A stretch of 64,000 bases of DNA from Octopus sinensis. Taxonomy: Eukaryota. The DNA lies in the NCBI RefSeq assembly GCF_006345805.1, contig NC_043011.1, forward strand, positions 1,674,001 through 1,738,000, written 5' to 3'. The position numbers and the translations under genes are program-made. Below, in pieces: positions 24,984 to 38,333 of this stretch (positions are counted from its first letter, which is position 1; each line of letters starts with the position of its first letter). The notes under the pieces are model-generated. The model was given only the letters and a program-made list of their open reading frames with translations, was not told the DNA's origin and searched no databases.

Positions 24984-27900
24984 CAGGTCTCCGCTTGGAG
25001 CTACTGGTAACATGTAACCCAGTACAACCTGTTACATGGTCGGGTCGTTGGCGACTAAACTGGCAACCCCACCAAGATTTCTTGGTGAGGAGGGTGATTT
25101 GGACACCCAGCAGGACTAAAAACAAAACCTGTCAAAGGGCAGAGGAACTCTCATGAGTCAATGGCCATCCAAAATCCGGAGTGGAGCCCCTAAGGCGGTT
25201 GGATTGCGCCATGCGTGCCACCTTCCGGCAGCTCCTGCATCTTGGTCTACCCCCAGTCGTCTTGACTTTGTCTTGCCACTGGATCCGGCGCACCAGGACG
25301 AGAGAGTGAGGCTGATCCTGCGCAAGTCACCCTCACTATAATCCAAGTCACATGCATGTCACGACATCACGACGCCATGACACCATCCCAAAGTCCTGTG
25401 GCGATGGGGAAACGGCGAAGTAGCAGGTGAGGATACACTGGGAGCTGCAGTCGTGAACCCACACACAGGCGGCTCAGGACATGTGGTCGCCCCTCACTGA
25501 ACTGAGGCAGCAGTGGAGTCCGGCAGCCTCCTGAGTGACCGAGCAGCCCTCTTCAGGATCGCTCTGCTCGCTTCCCCAGCATGAGGACGGGGCTAGAAAA
25601 GGTTGCCCTAAACATAGCCTGCCTCACCTCACCCTGGTCAGCAAACCGCGGCTGGCGGGGATCCTTTCCAAGCGGTCGAAACAAAGAAAGAAGAAAACAA
25701 ACAAAGGTGCTCACTTTCGCAACTTGGAACGTGAGAACTCTGCTTGACAACACCAAAGCGGACAGACCAGAGAGACGAACTGCCCTGGTGGCCAGAGAAC
25801 TGAGCCGATACAGTGTCGATATTGCAGCACTGAGCGAGACCCGCCTTGCGGACAAAGGCCAGCTGACAGAGACAGGCGGCGGCTACACTTTCTTTTGGAG
25901 TGGTTGCAGCAGCGAAGAGCGTCGTGAGGCTGGTGTTGGTTTTGCCATTAAGTCAGTACACGTGCGGAAACTGGAAAGCCCCCCCGAGGGTATCAACGAT
26001 CGGCTGATGAAGATGCAGCTCCCACTTGGAAACAAGACTAGTGCGACCATCATCAGTGCTTACGCCCCCACCATGACCAACCCTGAAGAAGTTAAGGACA
26101 GGTTCTATGAGGAACTCGACTCCCTCATCACGTCAGCCCAGCCTGGGAAGCTCATCCTCCTTGGGGATTTTAACGCCCGTGTCGGGACTGACCACCAAGC
26201 CTGGCATCGCGTACTGGGAAAGCAAGGAATCGGAAAGTGCAACAGCAACGGACAGCTCCTCCTGCGTGTGTGTGCCTCTCATGATCTTACCATCACCAAC
26301 ACCTTGTTCCGTCTCCCTACACGCAACAAGACATCATGGATGCATCCACGCTCCAAACACTGGCATCTGATAGATTACGTCATCGTCAGGGCGAAAGACA
26401 GGCGGGACGTGAGACTGGTCAAAGCCATGTGCGGAGCTGACTGCTGGACGGACCATCGCCTCATCATCTCCAGGATGGATTTCTACATCCGACCTAAGAG
26501 AAGACCACAGGGTCAGAAAGTGACGAGGAAGCTTAACATCACGAAATTAAAGAACCAGCTGACTGCACAAGATCTCCAGTCACATATGGACAGTAAGCTG
26601 TTGGACATTCGGAGTGACCAGTCCAGCATCAATGAGCAGTGGGAATCATTCAGGGACACGGTTCATTCCATCGCCCTTGAAACTCTGGGCCAAATTACGA
26701 GGAACCACCAGGACTGGTTCGACGAAAACGACCAGGAAATCCAAAAGCTCCTGAAAGAGAAACGCCGTCTGCTGCGGGCTCACCAAAACGACACCACCTG
26801 CACGGCAAAGAAGGCCGCTTTCAACAACATTCGCAGCACAGTCCAGGCTAAACTCCGCCTCATGCAAGACGCATGGTTAAGCACCAAGGCGGATGAGATT
26901 CAGGGATACGCAGACAAACACGACACCAAGAAATTCTACGAGGCGCTGAAAGCTGTCTATGGACCGCAGTTCTCCTTTGGATCAACCCCCCTGCTCAGCT
27001 CAGATGGAACCTCACTCCTGACTAACAAGAGGCTGATCCTGGAAAGATGAGTGGAGCACTTCCACATCGTGCTCAACCGACCAGCCCAGATCAACGAGGA
27101 AGCCATCGCACGACTCCCCCAGGTGCCGACAAACCACGGGTTGGCTGTTCCCCCTGCAGTCGAGGAAGTGAGCAGAGCCATCAAAAAAATGTCCACCGGC
27201 AAGGCTCCAGGCTCTGACGCCATCCCTGCAGAGGTGTTCAAGTCGGGCGGCCCCACCATGATCAGTCAGCTCACCAGCCTGTTCCAGTCGATGTGGGACA
27301 GGGAACAACTCCCTCAAGATTTCCGGGGCGCAACAATCGTCCACATTTATAAGCGGAAAGGAGATCGGCAGTCCTGCGACAACCACCGAGGTATTTCCCT
27401 CTTGTCCATAGCAGGCAAGATCCTGGCCCGGGTCCTGCTTGACCGCCTTCTGGAACACTTGGAGCAAGGCCTTCTCCCTGAGAGCCAGTGTGGCTTCCGT
27501 GCGGGTCGAGGGACCACTGACATGATATTCGCCGCCCGCCAGCTCCAGGAGAAATGCATGGAGCAGCACCTTGACCTCTGCATGACCTTTGTTGACCTCA
27601 CCAAGGCCTTTGATACAGTCAGTCGGGAGGGACTATGGAAGGTCATGGGAAAATTTGGTTGCCCCAGCAAATTTATTGCAATTGTCCGCCAGTTCCACGA
27701 CGGAATGACAGCCAGAATCCTTGAAGACGGCGACTCATCTGAAGCCTTCCAGGTGACCAACGGAGTCAGGCAGGGCTGTGTCCTGGCCCCAACACTGTTC
27801 AGCATCATGTTCTCGGCAATGATGTCCGACGCCTTTAGGGACTGCAAGTCCGGTATCAACATCAAGTACAGGACAGACGGGAAACTTTTCAACTCCAGGA

Positions 27901-28962
27901 GATTGCAGGCTGTCACAAAGGTGAGGGAGACAGTCGTCAGAGACTTTCTCTTTGCTGACGGCTGCGCCCTTAATGCAATCGATGAGCAGGAGATGCAGCT
28001 TGAGATGGACAGGTTCTCATCAGCCTGTGACAACTTCGGTCTCACCATCAGTGCAAAGAAAACCGAAGTGATGTTTCAGCCAGCCCCCGGCAAACAATAC
28101 CATGAGCCTCAGATAAGGGTGAATGGACGGATCCTCCGAGTGGTGGAAAACTTCACCTACCTGGGCAGCACTCTCTCCTGCAATGCCAACATAGATGCTG
28201 AAACCATCAACAGAATCTCCAAGGCAAGCAGCGCGTTTGGGAGACTGCGAAAGAAAGTCTGGGAGCGGAGAGGAATCAGCCTCAACACCAAGCTGAAAGT
28301 CTACCGGGCAGTCGTGCTTACCACCCTACTATATGGCTGCGAGACGTGGACTGCTTACCGAAGGCACGAGCGCCAGATAAACCACTTCCATCTCAGGTGT
28401 CTTCGGAATCTCCTTCACATCCGCTGGCAGGACAAAGTCCCAGACACGGAAGTTCTGAAGCAGGCAGATCTCCCTAGCACCATCACAATCATGCGCAAGG
28501 CCCAGCTGAGATGGGCGGGCCACGTCTCCCGCATGTCCGACACTCGCATCCCAAAACAGCTCTTCTACGGTGAACTCGGCCAGGGCAGGCGCAAAGTCGG
28601 AGGGCAGAAAAAGTGCTACAAGGATAGTCTCAAGGTCTCTCTCAAAGACTTCTCCATCGGATCAGAGACCTGGGAGACACTTGCTGCCAACCGCTCATCC
28701 TGGCGCAGCGCAATCACCGTGGGAGCAGGGACAGCCGAGGAGGGACGGATTCGGTCAGCGGAGCAGAAACGTCAGATGCGTAAAGTCAGAGCCGCCTGCA
28801 CCAGTAGCACTGCCCCTACCCACTTCTGCCCCACCTGTGGGAGGGGCTTCCTTGCCCGGATTGGCTTCACCAGCCACCTCTCCGGTCTCATGGCGGCAGT
28901 TCCATCAGATGATGTCAGTTGGTCATCTTCGAACCGAAGGACGAACATTATTATTATTATTA
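24984..28962 (+). mobile_element. Near full-length RTE-clade (BovB-like) LINE
   Basis: ~600-nt 5' UTR, APE-RT ORF, 3' end GGTCATCTTCGAACCGAAGGACGAAC(ATT)n; inserted in a TA tract; possible short TSD ATTATGT, ambiguous with the tail. Confidence 0.95.
25581..28912 (+). pseudogene. RTE ORF: AP endonuclease + reverse transcriptase + C-terminal C2H2, disrupted
   Basis: TWNVRTL, LSETR, LLGDFNARVG, WHLIDYV, TDHRL; RT motifs [39 protein letters not shown]; CPTC..SH. The two track ORFs are in one frame, split by TGA at 27048-27050 (likely TGG Trp). An extra 2 nt near 28880 shifts the HLRSH end. Confidence 0.93.
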
Positions 28963-29014
28963 TGTATATATATATATGTATATATATATGTGTGTATGTA
29001 TATATATATATATG

Positions 29015-29071
<57 letters not shown>

Positions 29072-29082
29072 ATATATATGTA

Positions 29083-29129
<47 letters not shown>

Positions 29130-29130
29130 C

Positions 29131-29174
<44 letters not shown>

Positions 29175-29196
29175 TATTATATATATATTATATATG

Positions 29197-29240
<44 letters not shown>

Positions 29241-29263
29241 ATATATATATATGTACATATGTA

Positions 29264-29301
<38 letters not shown>

Positions 29302-29351
29302 TATGTATATATGTATATATATATTATATATATATATATATATAATGTGTG

Positions 29352-29392
<41 letters not shown>

Positions 29393-29530
29393 AAAAAATT
29401 ATATATAAAAATTACAAAAGGGGACAAGAATGCAAACCACACAAAGAGACGACACAAAAAAACAGACAGGTCATATATATATATATATATTATATATATA
29501 TATATATATATATGTATTATATGTATATAT
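28963..29530. repeat. (TA)n field with a ~90-bp unique insert (29385-29475)
   Basis: Direct reading. Confidence 0.95.
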
Positions 29531-30199
29531 ATGTTGCTTTGAATCAGTGCCAGTAGAAACACTGGCATTGCTGATCAATGAATGAGGGTATTTATTCATT
29601 GTGAATGTAATTGATCCAACAGATGAAACAGACTCTACATAATGGTTTCAAATTTTGTGACAGGGTCGGCAGCTTTCGAGGGGGGGGGGAGAAATCTATT
29701 ACTCGACTCCAGTACTTGACTAGAACTTATTTCACTGACCCTGAAAAGATGAAAGGCAAAGCTGACCTTGTCAAAATTTGAACTCAGAATGTAATGATGA
29801 ACAAAGTGATGCTAAGCATTTTGTCTGGTGTACGAAGAGTTCTGCCAGTTTACTGCTTTAAAACAGCCTCGACACGATACATGTGACAATGCATTGGTTT
29901 AGCAATCATTTGGTCAATGCTTGGTGTATCTGCCCAATGTTAGAATAGGCTCTCCTCCTTCCCCTTCAATCTTGTCTCTGGCACATCATCACCATACTTT
30001 CTGATCTGTTTACAGATTTATGACACTGCTGTTCTCCACATCTCTTGTGCCACTGCTTGTCACCTCCTCCTGCCTGAGTCACTTCTATCTCTTTTTCCTC
30101 TCCACCCACCTCCGTTTTGATATTTATTTTCAACTATACCTCCACTCTTGTCCATCTCTCACTACATCAACCTCTAGCCATCAGTCACTCCCTTCGCAC

Positions 30200-30720
30200 A
30201 TCATCATCGTTTAACGTCTGTTCTCCATGCTAGCATGGGTTGGACGATTGGGATCTGGGAAGCCAGAATGCTGCACCAGGCTCCAGTTTGATCTGGCAGT
30301 GTTTCTACAACTGGATGCCCTTCCTAACGCCAACCACTCCATGAGTGTAGTGGGTGCTTTTTACGTGCCACTGGCATGGAAGCCAGTCGAGGCGGCGCTG
30401 GCATCGGCCACATTCAGATGGTGCTTTTTACATGCCACCGGCACGGAAGCCAGTCAAGGTGGTGCTGGCATTGGCTACATTCAGATGGTGCTTTTTATGT
30501 GCCACTGGCCCGGGGATCACAACTACAATTTCCATTGATTTTTTATGTTGGTGTACTTGACTCAATAGGTCTCCTCAAGCACAGGGTCGAAACGGTGTTT
30601 CTTTACTTGCCACCTGCACAGGAGTCAATCCAGCGGCACTGGCAACTGCCGGGTGCCAGTCATAGGATTGGTTCAATTTCAATTCCGATTTCACTTCCCC
30701 CAACAAGTCTTCACAAGCAG
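30200..30720 (-). mobile_element. Family C element
   Basis: Homology, CATCATC tail. Confidence 0.85.
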
Positions 30721-31234
30721 AGTTTAGAAATTATCCACTGTTTCCTTCTTTCTTTCCTACTGAATCCATTGTATATGCTCCCTTATATTCACCTTCCGGT
30801 ATTTTGAGAGTACATTCAGGTACCTCATCACTGTACCTTTTATCTCACTTCCAGCTATTTTCACCCATCTGCACTCAATGCTGTGTAGCCATATATCTCC
30901 TCTATAGTAAGTCACCAGTGCTTATCCTAGCATAAAGGCATCTCCCCCATCTCTCAAAGACACTCCCACTCAGGTGAAGGTCTTTTGTCTTTTTTTTTTT
31001 GCTTTTCTTTGTTCTGCAAGGTACTAGGGGACATCACCAATGCGACTGTCATAAAAAATTGGTTCCAAGCATACACTGTAAAGTGGTGGGCATTAGGAAG
31101 GGCATCCAATAGTAGAATGCATGCCAAAGCTGAAGTTTGGGCTTAATGTAGCTCTGTAACTCATTGGATCCTCTCAAACTATCCAACATCCCACCCATGC
31201 CAGCATGGCAAATGGATATTAATTGATGGGAATG

Positions 31235-31480
31235 GTTTATACACACATACACACACACACACACAGACACACAGACACACACACATGCATGCATGTGCAT
31301 GCAGGCATACACTCACACATACACATGCATGCACACAAGTACATATGCACACACACATACACACATATACAGAGACACACACACACACGCACACATGCAC
31401 ACATGCACGCATACACTCACACATACACATACACACACACGCACACACATACACACACACACAACACAAACATACATGCA
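31235..31480. repeat. (CA)n cryptic microsatellite
   Basis: Direct reading. Confidence 0.95.
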
Positions 31481-32559
31481 TAGTATAATTCAGGTTACAT
31501 GTATTTAAGAGCTCCTATACTATTATCAGCTACCAAGTCTTTCTACAGCAGGATATTTTCCAAAGCTGATTAAACAGGTGGAACCTCTCTATTGTATAGG
31601 ATTAATATAAGAATAATATAACATAAAGATGCTAAATTCCAATCTTTAATGGCAAATCACAACACTAGAGCAGAAACAAATGTTATTTGCTATTAAATCC
31701 TGGTATTTTCCATCCTCATGTTACATTATTCTTATTTATATACATTATATATATGGTGGAAGTTGATTAGTGATGAAGTGAAACCATGCCTTAATCACAT
31801 TTAATTTCAAGAAACACTTCATGTTCAGAGATTTATTATTGCTTGCATACAGTTTTTCGAGATCAGTGACGAAAAGTTTCTGGAAAAACGTTATAAGGAT
31901 TTGCATTGGGATCCCCTTCATTGAAAACCGGTGATTGTCGTACACTGAAGACAGGCAAATACCTAGAAACTGCAGCCTGTGCGTGTCACCTAGGTTGACG
32001 AGGGAGGGATGACCTCCCTTTGCAAATACCATAAGGGCACAGAAAGCGTGCCTAAAGCTGGCTGGAGACGATGTTCTCCTGGGGCTACAAGCTACAGTAA
32101 CACCCACCCTTAGTGGTTAGCCATATTGAGATGGCTACTTAGTATACCTTACACTTCATGTTTGTTTTCCTTATATAGCTCTTAAGGTCTGTAAGGGACT
32201 TGTAAGTCATTTCATATTAATTATAAGTTAGTTTTCCATGACCATGCTTGTGGCTGAGTAGGCCTGCCTTTGAGAAGCAGACCTGACCATACTGGTCTTA
32301 GAAATTAAATGCTTTCATGCCTTTCTCAGGGTGATGGTCCACATCTTTCATATACTTACTGGCACATTTCAACTCATTGTATACAGCCATGTTGTTCTCA
32401 TATTCTTTAACCCTTTTGTTACTGTATTTATTTTGAGATGCTCTGTGTTTCTTTCAATTATTTTAAATAAAACAAAGAATTATGTAAAATAACTTAGTTA
32501 TCATTAAGCTAGCGTTGGGAACATAAATTGTGACTAAGGTTTATTGGAAGATTTTAATT

Positions 32560-33420
32560 TAAAACTTACGAAAACAAGATATTTGTACTTAGAGCCAGAG
32601 CCAGCTTCAGCCGGGTTGGTAACAAAAGGATTATTGCCAGTAACAATCTGATTCCTTCACAGCTCCCTCTCTGATGCAAGATTTTCTCAAATGTTAGTAT
32701 CGATATTGATTTTTTAAGATAGTCTTTGAAACATTTGCACAGTTTGCACTGGGGACATTTTCCTTGCTTCAACTCACCATACAGTACATGTTTTGGGGTA
32801 TGTGGGTCTCCTCTAAATGGACAAGATGACCAGACCATCTAAGTTGGTCTTTGATTATCGTGAACTTGATACTCATCATTTTTACCAGCTGCAGTACTCT
32901 CATATCAAGCACATGAGATTGCCATGAGATCTTCAGGATACTCTGTAAGCATCACTGGTGGTATCATTCAAGGCTGTGGATATGCCAGTGGATGGTTTTC
33001 TGGGTCTTGCATCCATACAACAGTACTGTTAAGACGTACTTGAAAATCCAACTTTCATTGCTGCTTTGATATCTGATTGTGATCAGAGTCTCAATTCAAG
33101 CTTTCCAAATGCATCACAGGCCTCACAAAGTTTACTCCTGACCTTCTCGTCAGGTGTATTAAATCTAGATAGTGTGCTACCAAGGTAGACAAACATATGT
33201 ATAACTTGACTTGTATTGGCTGCAGTATGACTACAGTCATCTTAAGACTGATTTCAACCTCAAATACATCACATGCAGTTGAAAAGCAGTCCTTCTGGAA
33301 CTACAGGTCTTCCTCAGTGTGAGTTATGAGATCTCAATGATTAATGTAAAGAAGATCACAAATGAAAGCCATGAAAGTTTTTGTTACTGTGTTCAGATGT
33401 TCTTCGAATAGAATATACTT
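32560..33420 (-). pseudogene. Decayed RTE-clade LINE fragment
   Basis: Minus strand reads [24 protein letters not shown], and [15 protein letters not shown] in ORF 32566-32838. Confidence 0.85.
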
Positions 33421-33806
33421 AATAGTGCTCAAAATATTCAAACTTGAGCAGGGTTAGAAGCAAATGTGGGGAATAGCAAATTATACAGATCAATATATAA
33501 AGTATTAAATACATGAAATACAAAATGTGCAAACAGTTGCTTACATATTTGTAAACAACTGTTTACATATTACAACCACATTCTCTGATGGAATTAATCT
33601 ATGAACATTATTATGTATTGCTGAGCCTCCAGAAACAGCTGTTGGATTTGTAATACCTTTCTTCCACTCCTTTAATTTTCTATATCATTTGTACTCTGTG
33701 TAAGTTGGACCTTTTTGTATGTATACATATATATACATATTTTGTATTTCATGTATTTAATATACTTTATGTATTGATCTGTCTAATTTGCTTATCCCCA
33801 CATTTG

Positions 33807-33880
<74 letters not shown>

Positions 33881-33881
<1 letters not shown>

Positions 33882-34309
33882 ATTAATCAAAGGACATACT
33901 AAGTATGTCTACTTGCTGGAAATAACAGTCATAACTCTTATTTAAATCGCTAAAATACACCCATAATAACTTAATAACTACAGAAATCAACCGTCCAAGG
34001 GCAAATGGGCTAAGACAATTTCTCAGCGTACATTCATGTATTTGGACTCATGTGGACAGGTTTCTGGACTGGCATTATAGCCTCACCTTTCTCTGCATGC
34101 GTGTTGAGGAAGGTGAGGCTACTATGCCAGTCCATAAACCTGTCCACATGAGTCCAAATACATGAATGTATGCTGAGAAATTGTCTTAGCCCATTTGCCC
34201 TCGGACGGTTGATTTCTGTAGTTATTATGGGTGTATTTTGGCTATTAAATAAGAGTTATGACTGTTATTTCCATCAAGTAGACATGCTTAGTATGCCCTT
34301 TGATTAATT
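33881..34309. repeat. Fold-back palindrome, ~210-bp arms, ~12-nt loop
   Basis: Arms are reverse complements with scattered mismatches and one 8-nt indel. Confidence 0.95.
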
Positions 34310-34459
34310 TTAATCCTTCAGTTATTTAATACTTGGGCGGGGGTTGCAATTGCCTGTATTATTGATTCTGTTATTATCATTTTTAAATTATTATACTAGA
34401 TAATAATTGAGTCGATATCTTCTCAAATATTTTCTCCTGAATTATTTGCTCTGTATATA

Positions 34460-34705
34460 TATATTTAAACACATAAGGAATCCACTTATAGGGAATTCAA
34501 CACGCTAGAAAGAACAGCTAGGTTCTGTAAACCACAAAAATTAAGGATAAAATTTGACAGGAATAAATTTGGAAATGAAAAACATGAAAAGTGTGTGTAT
34601 ATTCCCGTCAAATTTTATCCGTTATTTTTGTGGTTTACAGAACCTAGCTGTTCTCTCTAGCTTGTTGAATTCCCTATAAGTGGATTCCTTATGTGTTTAA
34701 ATATA
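34460..34705. repeat. Fold-back inverted repeat, ~105-bp arms
   Basis: TATATTTAAACACATAAGGAATCC.. / ..GGATTCCTTATGTGTTTAAATATA. Confidence 0.95.
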
Positions 34706-34854
34706 CACTATATCGTATGACTAATATATAGTCTTTTTGACTAATTTTTTTGCACGTTAGACCACTGGAAATGTAAATTTTGATTGAATGTTTTAATTTT
34801 AATTAAATTCCATTTCCCTTTGACATGATTATATATATATATATATATATAGTC

Positions 34855-34890
<36 letters not shown>

Positions 34891-35109
34891 TAGTTGGCAG
34901 ATGTATATGAATGTAGGCAATACATAGTTAATTCCTTTAAATGAAATTATTTACTCTATGGGACAGCTAAGTAACTTGATAGTTAGTCAGCGTTATGATT
35001 TTATGTCTATGTAAATGAAACTAAGAAAATATTGAATATTTACCTCAAGTTACTTTGCAGGCTGTCAAGATGCTTCAGTAATTATTCTTCTTGCCAACCA
35101 CTGATGAAC

Positions 35110-35530
35110 TAAAAACAGTTACTTGTTTAGCGACATCTGGTACCAGTGCCGGTGGCACATAAGAGAAGCATCCGAACATGGCCATAGCCAGCACCGCATC
35201 GACTGGCCTCCGTGCTGGTGGCATGTAACAAACACCATCTGATCGTGGCCATGCCAGCTTCGCCTGGTCTCCGTGCCGGTGGCACATAAAAAACACCATC
35301 CGAGCGTGGCCATTCGCCAGCCTCATCTGGCACCTGTGTCGGTGGCACATAAAAAGCACCCACTACAATCACGGAGTGATTGGCGTTAGGAAGGGCATCC
35401 AGCCATAGAAACATTGCCAGATCTGACTGGCCTGGTGCAGCCTTCGAGCTTCCCAGACCCCAGTTGAACCGTCCAACCCATGCTAGCATGGAAAGCGGAT
35501 GTTAAACGATGATGATGATGATGATGATGA
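35110..35530 (+). mobile_element. Family C element
   Basis: Homology; (GAT)n tail. Confidence 0.85.
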
Positions 35531-35774
35531 TATATATCAGTTGTTGACATCTCTTGCACTCTTAAATGCTTTAAGAGCAAGCAAAAGGGAGTGGGAGGAG
35601 GGTTGAGAGAGAGAGACTTCAGCACCATCTCCTACAATGATATAGATACACGTTTCTCCTTTATAACTGTCAGTATGGTCTTCATGAAGCTGGACCGTGG
35701 TGACTTTACCCTCCTTTAACACACACCTGTGGCATCTTGACTTTATGAGAGAAATGCTGTCATTTTCAACATCA

Positions 35775-36192
35775 GCGCAGGAGTGGCTGTGTGGTAAGTA
35801 GCTTGCTTACCAACCACATGGTTCCGGGTTCGGTCCCACTGCGTGGCATCTTGGGCAAGTGTCTTCTGCTATAGCCCCGGGCTGACCAATCCCTTGTGAG
35901 TGGATTTGGTAGGCAGAAACTGAAAGAAGCCTGTCGTATATATGTATATATTACATATATATATGTATGTGTGTGTATATGTTTGTGTGTCTGTGTTTGT
36001 CCCCCTAGCATTGCTTGACTACCGATGCTGGTGTATTTATGACCCTGTTACTTAGAGGTTCAGCAAAAGAGACCGATAGAATAAGTACTGGGCTTACAAA
36101 AGAATAAGTGCTGGGGTTGATTTGCTCGACTAAAGGCGGTGCTCCAGCATGGCCGCAGTCAAATGACTGAAACAAGTAAAAGAGTAAAAGAG
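35775..36192 (+). mobile_element. SINE A, full length
   Basis: Homology; GTAAAAGA tail. Confidence 0.9.
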
Positions 36193-36194
36193 TA

Positions 36195-37450
36195 TCAGCG
36201 AGAATTCAACTGTGTTTAGCAGATGAAGCTCCTCTTAAAACTGCCTGTCCATGGTCTCCATCCATTTCTCATCTTTTGAATGGGTAGTTACCTACAAAAC
36301 AGCATTATCGTTGTGCATGTCAACAGAGGTCTTTCTGCCTCCCATTCTGTTCAAGCATGTCCTCTGTGGAGGCACATGGCCTAGTGGTTAGAGCAGCGGA
36401 CTCGTGGTCGAGGGATCGCGTGTTCGAATCTCAGACCGGGCGATGTGTGTGTTTACGAGCGAAACACCTAAGCTCCATGTGGCTCCGGCAGAAGGTAATG
36501 GCGAACTTCTGCTGACTTTTTTGCCACAACTTTCTCTCACTCTTTCCTCCTGCATCTTGCAGCTCACCTGTCCCGTCCTGGTGGGGAACCTATATGCCAA
36601 GAAACTGGAAAACTGGCCCTTATGAGCCAGGCGTGGCTCGAGAAGGAACAAACAACAAACAAGCATGTCCTCATCCTCTATTTTATCCTTAACTCTTTTC
36701 CTTCCCTATATTAATGATGTACCTGCTGGCACATCCATCAACACCCATTCATATGACACTACTTCATTTAGACACTACATGCCAAACTCATATTCACTCC
36801 AGGAACAGAAACTTTGAAGGAATCCTCCAATAGGGTTGGTCTGATTTTGATCAATTGCAACTAAGTACAAATGCTATTTATATCAAGAAAACACAATCAA
36901 GCGATGCCCCTCCTAACCATAAGTTGCATTCAATTAGAGCCCTTAAAATCACTCCTATTATTAGCAGGTTTCTCTTCATGAAACCAAATTTTTAACATGG
37001 CTAGAACTGCATCCTAATGACTGGCTGTATTCTTTACAGCCTGAAAATACTTTAGCTCCAAGATTTTTTAATACTTTGCAAAGCTCAGGTGAGGCTCACA
37101 TTAGAAAATTACTCTCACATCTGGGAAGGTGGTGCTGCCATGCATGTAGATATCTTAGACTACATGCCGAAAAGGACAGTCTGTCTGATTCTCTACCACT
37201 ACTATAATGCTTTGTTCCTCATCCCACCTCCACTTAGGCATTTATGTCCCACCTGGCTCTCCTCTTCTCTTCACCCTTATTGTGCACAACTTATACCATC
37301 CCATCCCATTGCATCACGGCCCCAGCTCTTCACTTGTCACTATGCCCTATCTTCCTTCCTAGAATGTTGGTCATCTGGAACTTCTTTTCTGCTCCTATCT
37401 TTCCTCTAGCTATTAATTTACAAAGATTCTAGAGGAATATCAATGGCATC
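36195..37450 (+). pseudogene. Decayed LINE RT (Jockey/CR1/L2 group) interrupted by SINE D
   Basis: LFLPYINDV (the LxINDL motif) at ~36690; LENYSHIW..DILD at ~37100; the RT continues across the SINE. Confidence 0.7.
36365..36659 (+). mobile_element. SINE D-type with 13-bp TSD
   Basis: tRNA-like head GTGGAGGCACATGGCCTAGTGG..GTTCGAATC; TSD CAAGCATGTCCTC at 36352-36364 and 36660-36672. Confidence 0.9.
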
Positions 37451-37890
37451 AGTCCACATAGGGACTTTGAAGACTGTGGGTTCTGTCCCTTCCTTGAGAT
37501 CAAAGTAGAAACAAGAATGAGCAAAATAGAAACAAGAATGAGCAAAGAGACTAAGCGACCATTTTTTATATCACTGAGAAAAGCATATATAATATATATC
37601 TGCATGTATGTTGATGGAGAGAGAGAGAGAGATAAAGGAATTGCTACTATTGTAATTGAGGTAAAAAAGGAAATTATTAAATACATTTTCCTATAATACA
37701 TTTTCATCAATCTATTTGTACACTTATTTTCAAGTGAGCTATTTTTACATAGACACATATACTTAGGTTAGGTTTGAGCTCAGAACTTGTATTTTTTATG
37801 CAGTGTTTCAAATATTTAGCCATTATGTCACATACCCTAAACTAAAGCCAAATTTTGTAATGTGAAAACCAAACTAGGCATGAGTTATAT

Positions 37891-38106
37891 ACTTTTTTAC
37901 TCTTTTACTTGTTTCAGTCAGTTGACTGAAGCCATGCTGGAGCACCACCTTTAGTCGAGCAAATCGACCCCAGGACTTATTCTTTGTAAGCCTAGTACTT
38001 ATTCTATCGGTCTTTTTTGCTGAACCACTAAGTTACGGGGATGTAAACACACCAGCATCTGCTGTCAAGCGATGTTGGGGGGACAAATACATACACACAA
38101 ACATAT

Positions 38107-38167
<61 letters not shown>

Positions 38168-38333
38168 TACGACAGGCTTCTTTCATTTTCTGTCTACCAA
38201 ATCCACTTACAAGGCTTTGGTCAGCCTGAGGCTATAGTAGAAGACACTTGCCCAAGGTGCCACGCAGTGGGACTGAACCCAGAACCATGTGGTTGGTAAG
38301 CAAGCTACTTACCACACAGCCACTCCTACACCT
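37891..38333 (-). mobile_element. SINE A
   Basis: Homology. Confidence 0.9.

Noticed and set aside
31890-32150. GC-richer segment resembling a retroelement C-terminus
   Set aside because: No diagnostic motif recognised in any frame.
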